From: Chiloscyllium plagiosum
Taxonomy: Eukaryota
Assembly (NCBI RefSeq): GCF_004010195.1
Contig: NC_057754.1
Span: 8,540,720 to 8,583,194, forward strand
Direction of reading: 5' to 3'
DNA length: 42,475 bases
The position numbers and the translations under genes are program-made. Positions within the stretch are counted from its first letter, which is position 1. Each line of letters opens with the position of its first letter. Shown piece by piece: positions 1-13,360 of the stretch. A model generated the notes under the pieces. The model saw nothing but the letters and a program-made list of their open reading frames with translations, ran no database searches and was not told the DNA's origin.

Positions 1-3000
1 GCCATGCTAAATTGCCCCTAGTGTCCAGGGATGTGTAGGTTAGGGTGGATTGGCCGTACTAAATTGTCCCAGAATGTACAGCGATGTGCAAGTTAGGGTG
101 GATTGGCCATCCTAAATTGTCCCATACTGCCCAGGGAGGTACAGGTTAGTGTGGATTGGCTGTGCTAAATTGTCCCATATTACCCAGGGACATGCATGTG
201 AGGGTGGATTGGCTATGCTAAATTGTCCCATAGTGTCCAGGGATGTGCAGGTTAGGGTGGATTGGCCATGCTAAATTGCCCCTAGTGTCCAGGGATGTGC
301 AGGTTAGGGTGGATTGGCCGTGCTAAATTGCCCCATAGTGCCCAGGGATGTGCAGGTTAGGGTGGATTGGCTATGCTAAATTGCCCCATAGTGCCAAGGG
401 ATGTGCAGGTTAGGGTGGATTGGCCGTGCTAAATTGTCCCATAGTGTACAGACATGTGTAGGTGAGGGTGGATTGGCCATGCTAAATTGTCCCATACTGC
501 CCAGGGAGGTACAGGTTAGTGTGGATTGGCTGTGCTAAATTGTCCCATATTACCCAGGGACATGCAGGTGAGGGTGGATTGGCCATGCAAAATTGCCCGT
601 AGTGTCCAGGGATGTGCAGGTTTGGGGGGATTGGCCATGCAAAATTGCCCCATAGTGTTCCAGGGATGTGCAGGTGAATGTGGGTTGGCCGTGCTAAATT
701 GCCCCATAGTGTCCAGGGATATGCAGGTTTGGGGGGATTCGCCGTGCTAAATTGTCCCATAGTGTACAGGGATGTGCAAGTTAGGGTGGATTGGCCATGC
801 TAAATTGTCCCATACTGCCCAGGGAGGTACAGGTTAGTGTGGATTGGCTGTGCTAAATTGTCCCATATTACCCAGGGACATGCAGGTGAGGGTGGATTGG
901 CTATGCTAAATTGCCATGATAAATTTCCCCATAGTGTCCAGGGATGTGCAGGTTAGGATGGATTGGCTATGCTAAATTGCCCCATAGTGCCAAGGGCTGT
1001 GCAAGTGAGGGTGGATTGGCCATGCTAAATTGCCCCATAGTGTTCCAGGGATGTGCAGGTGAATGTGGGTTGGCCGAGCTAAATTGCCCCACAGTGTCCA
1101 GGGATGTGGAGGTTAGGGTGGATTGGCCATGCTAAATTGCCCCATAGTGCCCAGGGATGTGCAGGTTAGGGTGGATTGGCCGTGCTAAATTGCCCCATAG
1201 TGCCCAGGGATGTGCAGGTTAGGGTGGATTGGCCGTGCTAAATTGCTCCATAGTGTCCAGGGATGTGTAGGTTAGGGTGGATTGGCCATGCAAAATTGTC
1301 CCATAGTGTCCAGGGATGTGTAGGTTAGGGTGGATTGGCCGTGCTAAATTGTCCCATAGTGTACAGGGAAGTGCAAGTTAGGGTTGATTGGCCATGCTAA
1401 ATTGTCCATCGGGTCCAGGGATTTGCAGGTTAGGGTGGATTGGCCGTGCTAAATTGCCCCATAGTGCCCAGGGATGTGCAGGTGAATATGGGTTGGCCAT
1501 ACTAAATTGTCCCATAGTGCCCAGGGATGTGCAGGTTAGGGTAGATTGGCCGTGCTAAATTGTCCCATAGTGACCAGGGATGTACAGGTTAGGGTGGATT
1601 GGCTGTGCTAAACTGTCCCACAGTGCCCAGGGATGTGCAGGTTAGGTTGGATTGGCTATGTTAAATTGCCACATTGTGTCCAGGGATGTGCAGGTTAGGG
1701 TGAATTGGCCGTGCTAAATTGCCCGTGTGTCCAGGGATGTGTAGGTTTGGGGGGATTGGCCGTGCTAAATTGCCCCATAGTGCCCAGGGATGTGAAGGTG
1801 AATGTGGGTTCGCCATACTAAATTCTCCCACAGTGCCCAGGGATGTGCAGGTTAGGGTGGCTTGGCTGTGCTAAATTATCCCATAGTGTCCAGGGATGTG
1901 CAGGTTAGGGTGGGTTGGCCATGCTAAATTGTCCCATACTGCCCAGGGAGGTACAGGTTAGAGTGGATTGGCCATGCTAAATTGCCCCATCGTGTCCAGG
2001 GATGTGCAGGTGAATGTGGGTTGGCCGTGATAAATTGTCCCACAGTGCCCAGGATGTGCAGGCTAGGGTGGATTGGCTATGTTAAATTGTCCCATAGTGT
2101 CCAGGGATGTGCAGGTTAGGGTGGATTGGCCATGCTAAATTGCCCGTAGTGACCACGGATGTGCAGGTTTGGGGGGTTTGGCCGTGCTACATTGTCCCAC
2201 AGTGCCCAGGGATGTGCAGGTTAGGGTGGATTGGCCATGCTAAATTGCCCCATAGTGCCCAGGGATGTGTAGGTTAGGGTGGATTGGCCGTGCTAAATCG
2301 CCCATAGTGCCCAGGGAGGTGCAGGTTAGGGTGGATTGGACATGCTAAATTGCCCCATAGTGCACAGGGATGTGCAGGTGAATGTGGGTTGGCCGTGCTA
2401 AATTGACCCACAGTGCCCAGGGATATGCACATTAGGGTGGATTGGCCGTGCTAAATTGCCCCATAGTGTCCAGGGATGTGCAGGTTAGGGTGGATTGGCC
2501 TTGCTAAATTGTCCCATAGTATCCAGGGATATGCAGGTGAGGGTGGTTTGGCCGTGCTAAATTGCCCGTAGTGTCCAGGCATGTGTAGGTTAGGGTGGAT
2601 TGGTCATGCTAAATTGTTCCATAGTGCCCAGGGATGTGCAGATTAGGATGGATTGGCTATGCTAAGTTGCTGCATAGTGTCCAGAGATGTGCAGGTTAGG
2701 GTGGAATGGCCATGCTAAATTGCCCGTAGTGTCCAGGCATGTGTAGGTGAGGGTGGATTGGCCGTGCTACATTGTCCCACAGTGCCCAGGGATGTGCAGG
2801 TTAGGGTGGATTGGCCATGCTAAATTGTCCCAGAATGTCCAGGGACGTGCAGGTTAGGGTGGATTGGCCGTGCTATATTGCCCCATAGTGCACAGGGATG
2901 TGCGGGTGAATGTGGATTGGCCGTGCTAAATTGCCCCATAGTGCCCAGGGATGTGCAGGTTAGGGTGGATTGGCCATGCTATATTCACCCTCGTGTCCAA

Positions 3001-6000
3001 GGATATGCAGGTTAGGGTGGATTGGCCTTGCTAAATTGTCCCATAGTGCCAAGGGATGTGCAGGTTAGGATGGATTGGCCATGCTAAATTGCCAGTAGTG
3101 TCCAGGGATATGCAGGTGAATGTGGATTGGCCTTGCTAAATTGCCCCATAGTGCCCAGGGATGTGCAGGTTAGGGTGGATTGGCCATGCTAAATTGTCCC
3201 ATTATGCCCAGGGATGAGCAGGTTAGGGTGGATTGGCCATGCTAAATTTCCAGTAGTATCCAGGGATGTGCAGGTTATGTGTATTTGCCATGCTAAATTG
3301 CACGTAGTGTCCAGGCATGTGTAGGTTAGGGCGGATTGGTCATGCTAAATTGTTCCATAGTGCCCCGGGATGTGCAGGTTAGGATGGATTGGCTATGCTA
3401 AATTGTCCCATAGTGTCCAGAGATGTGCAGGTTAGGGTGGATTGGCCATGCTAAATTGCCCGTAGTGTCCAGGCATGTGTCGGTGAGGGTGGATTGGCCA
3501 CGCTAAATTGTCCCATAGTGGCCAGGGATGTGCAGGTTAGGATGGATTGGCCGTGCTAAATTGCCCCATAGTGTCCAGGGATGTGCAGGTTAGGGTGGAT
3601 TGGCCGTAATAAATTGTCCCATATTACCCAGGGACATGCAGGTGAGGGTGGATTGGCCATGCTAAATTGCCCCATAGTGCCCAGGGATGTGCAGGTTAGG
3701 GTGTATTGGCCGTGCTAGGTTGTCCGATAGTGTCCAGGGATGTGCAGGTTAGCGTGGATTGGCCATGCTACATTGTCCTATATTCCCCAGGGATGTGCAG
3801 GTTAGGGTGATTGGCCATGCTAAATTGCACCATATTACCCAGGGACATGCAGGTGAGGGTGGATTGGCCATGCTACATTGTCCCATAGTGTCCAGGGATG
3901 TGTAGGTTAGGGTGGATTAGCCGCGCTAAATCGCCCATAGTGCCCAGGGAGGTGCAGGTTAGGGTGGATTGGCCATGCTAAATTGCCCCATAGTGCCCAG
4001 GGATGTGCAGGTGAATGTGGATTGGCCTTGCTAAATTGCCCCATAGTGCCCAGGGATGTGCAGGTTAGGGTGGATTGGCCATGCTATATTGACCCTAGTG
4101 CCCAGGGATGTGCAGGTTAGGGTGGATTGGCCATGCTAAATTGTCCCATAGTGCCAAGGGATGTGCAGGTTAGGATGGATTGGCCATGCTGAATTGCCAG
4201 TCGTGGCCAGGGATGTGCAGGTTGAGGTGTATTGGCCGTGCTAAATTGTTCCATAGTATCCAGGGATGTGCAGGTTAGGGTGTATTTGCCATGCTAAATT
4301 GCACGTAGTGTCCAGGCATGTGTAGGTTAGGGTGGATTGGCCATGCTAAATTGTCCCGTAGTGCCCAGGGATGTGCAAGTTAGGATGGATTGGCCGTGCT
4401 AAATTGCCCCATAGTGTCCAAGGATGTGCAGGTTAGGGTGTATTGGCCATGCTAAATTGTCCCATAGTGTCCAAGGATGTGCAGGTTAGGGTGTATTGGC
4501 CATGCTAAATTGCCCTATAGTGCCCAGGGATGTGCAGTTTAGGGTGGATTGGCCGTAATAAATTGTCCCATATTACCCAGGGACATGCAGGTGAGGGTGG
4601 ATTGGCCATGCTAAATTGCCCCAAAGTGCCCAGCAGATGTGCAGGTTAGGGTGATTGGCCATGCTAAATTTCCCCATAGTGTCCATGGATGTGCAATTAG
4701 GGTGTATTGCCCGTGCTAAGTTGTCCCTTGGTGTCCAGGGATGTGCAGGTTAGGGTGGATTGGCCATGCTAAATTGTCCCATAGTGTTCAGGGATGTGCA
4801 GGTTAGGGTGGATTGGCCTTGCTACATTGTCCTATAATCCCCCGGGATGTGCAGGTTAGGGCGAATTGGACATGTTAAATTGCCCCATATTGCCCAGGGA
4901 TATACAGGTGCGGGTGAATTGGCCGTGCTAAATTGCCCCATAGTGTCCAGGGATGTACAGGTTAGGGTGGATTGGCCATGCTAAATTGCCCCATAGTGCC
5001 CAGGGATGTGCAGGTTAGGGTGGATTGGCCGTGCTAAATTATCCCATAGTGCCCAGGGATGTGCAGGTTAGGGTGGATTGGCCATCCTAAATTGCCCCAT
5101 AGTGCCCAGGGATGTGCATTTTTGGGTAAATTGGCCGTATTCAATTGCCCCATAGTGCCCAGCGGATGTGCAGGCTACGGTGGATTGGCCATGCTAAATT
5201 GTTCCATCGTGCCCAGGGATGTGCAGGTTAGGATGGAATAGCTATGCTAAGTTGTCCCATAGTGGCCAGGGATGTGCAGGTGAGGTTGGATTGTCCGTGC
5301 TAAATTGCCCCATAGTGTCCAGGGATATGCAGGTTAGGGTGGACCGGCCATTATAAATTGCCCCATATTGTCTAGGGATATGCAGGTGAGGGTGGTTTGG
5401 CCGTGCAAATTGCCCGTAGTATCCATCGATGTGTAGGTTAGGGTAGATTGGCCATGCTAAATTGCCCCATACTGCCCAGGGATGTGCAGGTTAGGGTGTA
5501 TTGGCCGTGCTAAGTTGTCCCATAGTGTCCAGGGATGTGCAGGTTAGGGTGGATTGGCCAAGCTACATTGTCCTATATTCCCCAGGGATGTGCAGGTTAG
5601 GGTGAATTGGCCATGCTAATTTGCCCCATATTACCCAGGGACATGCAGGTGAATGTGAATTGGCCGTGCTAAATTGCCCCATAGTGTCCAGGGATGTGCA
5701 GGTTAGGGTGTATTGGCCGTGCTAAATTGCCCCATTGTGCCCAGGGATGTGCAGGTTAGGGTGTAATGGCCGTGCTAAATTGTTCCATAGTGCCCAGGGA
5801 TGTGCAGGTTAGGGTGGATTGGCCATGCTAAGTTGTCCCATAGTGTCCAGGGATGTGTAGGTTAGGGTGGATTGGCCATGCTAAATTGCCCCATAGTGCC
5901 CAGGGACATGCAGGTGAGGGTGGATTGGCCATGCTACATTGTCCCATAGTGTCAAGGAAAGTGCAGGTTAGTGTAGATTGGCCGTGTTAAGTTGTCCCAT

Positions 6001-9000
6001 AATGCCCAGGGATGTACAGGTTATGGTGGATTGGCCGTGCTAAATTGCACCATAGTGCCCAGGGATGTGCAGGTTAGGGTGGATTGGCCGTGCTAAATTG
6101 CCCCACAGTGCCCAGCGATGTGCAGGTTAGGGTGGATTGGCCATGCTATATTGACCCTAGTGCCCAGGGATGTGCAGGTTAGGGTGGATTGGCCGTGCTA
6201 AATTGTCCCATAGTGCCATTGGATGTGCAGTTTAGGATGGATTGGCCATGCTAAATTGCCAGTAGTGTCCAGGGATGTGCAGGTTAGGGTGGATTGGCTA
6301 TGCTAAATTGTCCCATAGTGCCCAGGGATGAGCAGGTTAGGGTGGATTGGCTATGCTAAATTTCCAGTAGTGTCCAGGGATGTGCAGGTTAGGGTGGATT
6401 GGCTATGCTAAATTGTCCCATAGTGCCCAGGGATGTGCAGGTTAGGATGGATTGGCTATGGTAAGTTGCCGCATAGTGTCCAGAGATGTGCAGGTTAGGG
6501 TGGATTGGCCATGCTAAATTGCCCCATACTGCCCAGGGACATGCAGGTGAGGGTGGATTGGCCATGCTAAATTGCCCCATAGTGTCCAGGGATGTGCAGG
6601 TTAGGGTGTATTGGCCATGCTAAGTTGTCCCATAGTGTCCAGGGATGTGTAGGTTAGGGTGGATTGGCCATGCTAAATTGCCCCATTGTGCCCAGGGATG
6701 TGCAGGTTAGGGTGTAATGGCCGTGCTAAATTGCCCCATAGTGTCCAGGGATGTGTAGGTTAGGGTGGATTGGCCATGCTAAATTGCCCCATACTGCCCA
6801 GGGACATGCAGGTGAGGGTGGATTGGCCATGCTAAATTGCCCCATACTGCCCAGGGACATGCAGGTGAGGGTGGATTGGCCATGCTAAATTGCCCCATAG
6901 TGTCCAGGGATGTGCAGGTTAGGGTGGATTGGCCATGCTAAATTGCCCCTAGTGTCCAGGGATGTGTAGGTTAGGGTGGATTGGCCGTACTAAATTGTCC
7001 CAGAATGTACAGCGATGTGCAAGTTAGGGTGGATTGGCCATCCTAAATTGTCCCATACTGCCCAGGGAGGTACAGGTTAGTGTGGATTGGCTGTGCTAAA
7101 TTGTCCCATATTACCCAGGGACATGCAGGTGAGGGTGGATTGGCTATGCTAAATTGTCCCCTAGTGTCCAGGGATGTGTAGGTTAGGATGGATTGGCCAT
7201 GCTAATTTGCCCCTAGTGTCCAGGGATGTGTAGGTTAGGGTGGATTGGCCGTACTAAATTGTCCCAGAATGTACAGGGATGTGCAAGTTAGGGTGGATTA
7301 GCCATGCTAAATTGTCCCATACTGCCCAGGGAGGTACAGGTTAGTGTGGATTGGCCGTGCTAAATTGTCCCATATTACCCAGGGACATGCAGGTGAGGGT
7401 GGATTGGCTATGCTAACTTGTCCCATAGTGTCCAGGGATGTGCAGGTTAGGGTGGATTGGCCGTGCTAAATTGCTCCATAGTGCCCAGGGATGTGCAGGT
7501 TAGGGTGGATTGGCTATGCTAAATTGCCCCATAGAGCCAAGGGATGTGCAGGTTAGGGTGGATTGGCCGTGCTAAATTGTCCCATAGTGTACAGGGATGT
7601 GCAAGTTAGGGTGGATTGGCCATGCTAAATTGTCCCATACTGCCCAGGGAGGTACAGGTTATTGTGGATTGGCTGTGCTAAATTGTCCCATATTACCCAG
7701 GGACATGCAGGTGAGGGTGGATTGGCTATGCTAAATTGTCCCATAGTGTCCAGGGATGTGCAGGTGAATGTGGATTGACCATGATAAATTGTCCCACAGT
7801 GCCCAGGGATGTGCAGGTTAGGGTGGATTGGCTATGCTAAATTGCCCGTGTGTCCAGGGATGTGTAGGTTTGGGGGGATTGGCCGTGCTAAATTGCCCCA
7901 TAGTGCCCAGGGATGTGCATGTTCGGGTGGATTGACCATTTTAAATTGCCCCATAATGCCCAACGGATGTGCAGGTTAGGGTGGATTGGCCATGCTAAAT
8001 TCTTCCATAGTGCCCAGGGATGTGCAGGTTAGGATGGATTAGCTATGCTAAGTTGTCCCATAGTGCCCAGGGATGTGCAGGTTAGGTTGGATTGTCCGTG
8101 CTAAATTGCCCCATAGTGTCCAGGGATGTGCAGGTTAAGGTGGACCGGCCATGATAAATTGCCCCATATTGCCTAGGGATATGCAGGTGAGGGTGGTTTG
8201 GCCGTGCAAATTGCCCGTAGTGTCCATGGATGTGCAGGTTAGGGTGGATTGGCCATGCTAAATTGCCCCATACTGCCCAGGGATGTGCAAGTTAGGGTGG
8301 ATTGGCCGTGCTACATTGTCCCATAGTGTCCAGGGTTGTGTAGGTTAGGGTGGATTGGCCATGCTAAGTTGTCCCATAGTGTCCAGGGATGTGCAGGTTA
8401 GGGTGGATTGGCCATGCTATATTGTCCTCTATTCCCCAGGGATGTGCAGGTTAGGGTGAATTGGCCATGATAAATTGCCCCATATTGCCTAGGGATATGC
8501 AGGTGAGGGTGGATTGGCCGTGCTAAATCGCCCATAGTGCCCAGGGTGTGCAGGTTAGTGTTGATTGGCCATGCTAAATTGTCCCATAGTGCCAAGGGAT
8601 GTGCAGGTTAGGATGGATTGGCCATGCTAAATTGCCAGTAGTGTCCAGGGATGTGCAGGTTAAGGGGTATTGGCCGTGCTAAATTGTCCCATAGTGTCCA
8701 GGCATGTGTAGGTTAGGATGGATTGGTCATGCTAAATTGTCCCATAGTGCCCAGGGATGTGCAGGTTTGGATGGATTGGCTATGCTAAGTTGTCGCATAG
8801 TGTCCAGACATGTGTAGGTGAGGGTGGATTGGCCACGCTAAATTGTCCCATAGTGCCCAGGGATGTGCAGGTTAGGATGGATTGGCCATTCTAAATTGCC
8901 CCATAGTGCCCAGGGATGTGCAGGTTAGGGTGTATTGGCCGTGCTAAATTGTCCCATAGTGCCCAGGGATGTGCAGGTTAGGGTGTATTTGCGGTGCTAA

Positions 9001-9096
9001 ATTGCACGTAGTGTCCAGGCATGTGTAGGTTAGGATGGATTGGTCATGCTAAATTGTCCCATAGTGCCCAGGGATGTGCAGGTTTGGATGGATTGG

Positions 9097-9864
9097 NNNN
9101 NNNNNNNNNNNNNNNNNNNNNNNNNNNNNNNNNNNNNNNNNNNNNNNNNNNNNNNNNNNNNNNNNNNNNNNNNNNNNNNNNNNNNNNNNNNNNNNNNNNN
9201 NNNNNNNNNNNNNNNNNNNNNNNNNNNNNNNNNNNNNNNNNNNNNNNNNNNNNNNNNNNNNNNNNNNNNNNNNNNNNNNNNNNNNNNNNNNNNNNNNNNN
9301 NNNNNNNNNNNNNNNNNNNNNNNNNNNNNNNNNNNNNNNNNNNNNNNNNNNNNNNNNNNNNNNNNNNNNNNNNNNNNNNNNNNNNNNNNNNNNNNNNNNN
9401 NNNNNNNNNNNNNNNNNNNNNNNNNNNNNNNNNNNNNNNNNNNNNNNNNNNNNNNNNNNNNNNNNNNNNNNNNNNNNNNNNNNNNNNNNNNNNNNNNNNN
9501 NNNNNNNNNNNNNNNNNNNNNNNNNNNNNNNNNNNNNNNNNNNNNNNNNNNNNNNNNNNNNNNNNNNNNNNNNNNNNNNNNNNNNNNNNNNNNNNNNNNN
9601 NNNNNNNNNNNNNNNNNNNNNNNNNNNNNNNNNNNNNNNNNNNNNNNNNNNNNNNNNNNNNNNNNNNNNNNNNNNNNNNNNNNNNNNNNNNNNNNNNNNN
9701 NNNNNNNNNNNNNNNNNNNNNNNNNNNNNNNNNNNNNNNNNNNNNNNNNNNNNNNNNNNNNNNNNNNNNNNNNNNNNNNNNNNNNNNNNNNNNNNNNNNN
9801 NNNNNNNNNNNNNNNNNNNNNNNNNNNNNNNNNNNNNNNNNNNNNNNNNNNNNNNNNNNNNNNN
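9097..9864. other. Assembly gap (768 N) inside the satellite
   Basis: Run of n. Confidence 1.
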
Positions 9865-11429
9865 GATTGGCCATGCTAAATTGCCCCATATTGCCCAGGG
9901 ATATACAGGTGCGGGTGAATTGGCCGTGCTAAATTGCCCCATAGTGTCCAGGGATGTGCAGGTTAGGGTGGATTGGCCGTGCTAAATTGCCCCACAGTGC
10001 CCAGCGATGTGCAGGTTAGGGTGGATTGGCCATGCTATATTGACCCTAGTGCCCAGGGATGTGCAGGTTAGGGTGTATTGGCCGTGCTAGGTTGTCCCAT
10101 AGTGCCCAGGGATGTGCAGGTTAGGATGGATTGGCCATGCTAAATTGCCATTAGTGTCCAGGGATGTGCAGGTTAAGGTGTATTTGCCGTGCTAAATTGT
10201 CCCATAGTATCCAGGGATGTGCAGGTTAGGGTGGATTGGCCGTGCTAAATTGCCCCATAGTGTTCAGGGATGTGCAGGTTAGGGTGGATTGGCCATGCTA
10301 AATTCTTCCATAGTGCCCAGGGATGTGCAGGTTAGGTTGGATTGTCCGTGCTAAATTGCCCCATCGTGCCCAGGGATGTGCAGGTTAGGGTGATTGGCCA
10401 TGCTAAATTGCCCCATAGTGCCCAGGGATGTGCAGTTAGGGTGTATTGGCCGTGCTAAGTTGTCCCTTGGTGTCCAGGGATGTGCAGGTTAGGGTGGATT
10501 GGCCATGTTACATTGTCCTATATTCCCCAGGGACATGCAGGTGAGGGTGGATTGGCCATGCTACATTGTCCCATAGTGTCCAGGGAAGTGCAGGTTAGGG
10601 TGGATTGGTCGTGCTAAGTTGTCCCATAATGCCCAGGGATGTACAGGTTATGGTGGATTGGCCGTGCTACATTGCCCCATAGTGTCCAGGGATGTGCAGG
10701 TTAGGGCGAATTAGCCATGCTAAATTGCCCCATATTGCCCAGGGATATACAGGTGCGGGTGAATTGGCCGTGCTAAATTGCCCCATAGTGCCCAGGGATG
10801 TGCAGGTTAGGGTGGATTGGCTATGCTAAATTGCACCATAGTGCCCAGGGATGTTCAGGTTAGGGTGGATTGGCCATGCTAAATTGCCCCATAGTGCCCA
10901 GGGATGGGCATTTTCGGGTGGATTGGCCATTTTAAATTGCCCCATAGTGCCCAGCAGATGTGCCGGTTCGGGTGGATTGGCCATGCTAAATTCTTCCATA
11001 GTGCCCAGGGATGTGCAGGTTAGGTTGGATTGTCCGTGCTAAATTGCCCCATAGTGCCCAGCAGATGTGCAGGTTAGGGTGGATTGGCCGTGCTAAATTG
11101 TCCCTTAGTGCCCAGGGATGTGCAGGTTAGGGTGGATTGGCCGTGCTAAATTGTCCCATAGTGCCCAGGGATGTGCAGGTTAGGGTGAATTGGCCGTGCT
11201 AAATTGCCCCATAGTGCCCAGCAGATGTGCAGGTTAGGGTGGATTGGCCGTGCTAAGTTATCCCTTGGTGTCCAGGGATGTGCAGGTTAGTGTGGATTGG
11301 CCATGCTAAATTGTCCTATAATCCCCCGGGATGTGCAGGTTAGGGCGAATTGGCCATGCTAAATTGCCCCATTTTGCCCAGGGATATACAGGTGCGGGTG
11401 AATTGGCCGTGCTAAATTGCCCCATAGTG

Positions 11430-11611
11430 NNNNNNNNNNNNNNNNNNNNNNNNNNNNNNNNNNNNNNNNNNNNNNNNNNNNNNNNNNNNNNNNNNNNNNN
11501 NNNNNNNNNNNNNNNNNNNNNNNNNNNNNNNNNNNNNNNNNNNNNNNNNNNNNNNNNNNNNNNNNNNNNNNNNNNNNNNNNNNNNNNNNNNNNNNNNNNN
11601 NNNNNNNNNNN
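11430..11611. other. Assembly gap (182 N)
   Basis: Run of n. Confidence 1.
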
Positions 11612-11657
11612 GGATGCTGCCTGACCTGCTGCGCTTTTCCAGCAACACATTTTCAGC
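11612..11657. mobile_element. Arm of a family-A Penelope-end fold-back element inserted in the satellite (rest hidden in the gap)
   Basis: ggatgctgcctgacctgctgcgcttttccagcaacacatttttcagc matches the arm ending at 32926 and at about 18980-19025; satellite resumes immediately after. Confidence 0.85.
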
Positions 11658-12055
11658 GTTTTCAATTGCCCCATAGTGCCCAGCGGATGTGCAGGTTAGG
11701 GTGGATTGGCCATGCTAAATTGTTCCATAGTGCCCAGGGATGTGCAGGTTAGGATGGATTAGCTATGCTAAGTTGTCCCATATTTCCCAGGGATATGCAG
11801 GTGAGGGTGGTTTGGCCGTGCTAAATTGCCCCATAGTGTCCAGGGATGTGCAGGTTAGGGTGGACCGGCCATGATAAATTGCCCCATATTTCCCAGGGAT
11901 ATGCAGGTGAGGGTGGTTTGGCCGTGCTAAATTGCCCGTAGTGTCCATGGATGTGCAGGTTAGGGTGGATTGGCCATGCTAAATTGCCCCATACTGCCCA
12001 GGGATGTGCAAGTTAGGGTGGATTGGCCGCACTACATTGTCCCATAGTGTCCAGG

Positions 12056-12197
12056 GATGTGTAGGTCAGATGCATTTGTTAGGGTTGATTGAAGAGTAAT
12101 AGGGTAAAGGAATGGAACTCGGTGGGTTACTCTTCAGAGGCTCAGTGTGGACCTGTTGGGCCAAAGCGCTTGTTTCCACACTGTAGAGATTCTATGA
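12056..12197 (+). mobile_element. 3' tail of an HE1 SINE terminating the satellite
   Basis: ...ggtgggttactcttcagaggctcagtgtggacctgttgggccaaagcgcttgtttccacactgtagagattctatga matches the 3' end of the HE1 copy at 37005-37340. Confidence 0.9.
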
Positions 12198-12279
12198 TCA
12201 GAGATGACCATTAAACCTTCTTTCTCTACCTGAACATACTTGCATTGGGCTCCAGCTTGAGTCTAGGGCATCACTGATG

Positions 12280-12378
12280 ACAATAGACAATAGACAATAG
12301 GTGCAGGTGTAGGCCATTCTGCCCTTCGAGCCTGCAACACCATTCAATATGATCATGGCTGATCATCCTTAATCAGTA
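12280..12378 (-). mobile_element. CR1-type LINE 3' end fragment
   Basis: (caataga)n terminal microsatellite followed by ggccattctgcccttcgagcc, typical of the reverse complement of a CR1 tail. Confidence 0.7.
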
Positions 12379-13118
12379 AGCCAACACTGCCCTGATACCA
12401 CCAGGGAGAGACATTGCACGTCAGCACCACCTCTCGCTTCAGATCATAGTGGGCCATTGGACCATCTTGTGTGCGTGGCAATGGCTCCTTCAGTCACCAG
12501 GAGGGGCTGAAAGGAGTCACTTCAGGAAGGGAGCCAGGCAATTGACACACAAGCCGGAGTTGGGGCTGCCCGTGTCTCTGAGGAAAGGGGCGAGAGTTGT
12601 GGCAAATGCGCAGTTGCCAGCAGCGCCATCGGAATCTTTAGAAAACGGCTAAAGTTCGGCTGCAAAATGAGCCGCTTGGGTCAGAAGCAGAGATAAAGGA
12701 AATGCAGAGAATAACCCTGGCAGAATGAAAAGAAAGAGAAAATGAAACGAAACAGTTTGAAGTAGGATTAAATGCAGAGGATAAAGAAAAGGAGACGAAG
12801 CAGAAGAAAGGGAGAAAGAGCAGAAAGGGAGAGTTTGAACTTTAGAGGCTGGAACTGAAAGTCAACTTAGAATGGTGGCAGTAGTAGTGAAACGTGGGAG
12901 TACTGATGAGGACAGAGAGAGACAGGAATCTCATCGTAGCCAGGTGCCTAGTGGAGGATTTATTGAAGTACGTCCAAGCGTCATCTTAGTTAGGTGCGAA
13001 GTTTTGCGAAATCCTTTTCATTTCAGTTAAGGAAGTCGTTGAACAAATGAAATGGCTGGTGACCACGTGGGTATTGTTGATCCAAACAAAGTTGGACAGC
13101 AGAGCTCGTGAGGTATTT

Positions 13119-13284
13119 GTGTTGCTGGAAAAGCACAGCAGGTCGGGCAGCATCAGAGGAGCAGGAGAATCGACGTTACGGGCAAAAGCCCTTCATCAGG
13201 GATTTCCTGCTGCCTGACTGCCTGTACTTTTCCAGCACCACGCTCTCGACTCTGATCTCCAGCATCTGCAGTCCTCACTTTTGC
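13119..13284. mobile_element. Family-A Penelope-end fold-back element with degenerate hammerhead core
   Basis: Inverted arms. Minus strand reads ctgatga-a-gggc-tttt-gccc-gtaa-cgtc. 15-bp TSD ctc(g/a)tgaggtatttg at 13105-13119 and 13285-13299. Confidence 0.85.
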
Positions 13285-13360
13285 CTCATGAGGTATTTGC
13301 ATCACTATCAGAGGAGGTATCTGGGGAGTATAATGAGTTGAAGAAATCCATTTTAATCTC

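Larger units (their letters stand above)
1..12066 (+). repeat. 53-bp tandem satellite derived from the central part of the HE1 (V-SINE) element; roughly 200 sequenced monomers, continues beyond the left edge
   Basis: Head-to-tail consensus GATGTGCAGGTTAGGGTGGATTGGCCATGCTAAATTGCCCCATAGTGCCCAGG (53 nt) throughout, with recurring variant monomers. The same sequence occurs once inside dispersed SINE copies (e.g. 20402-20470). Confidence 0.97.

Noticed and set aside
482..11948. ORFs in the satellite and across N gaps
   Set aside because: Translations of the 53-bp repeat or of N runs; 53 is not a multiple of 3 and stops recur.
1..12066. CRISPR array
   Set aside because: Monomers are contiguous with no unique spacers, no cas genes, and the context is vertebrate.
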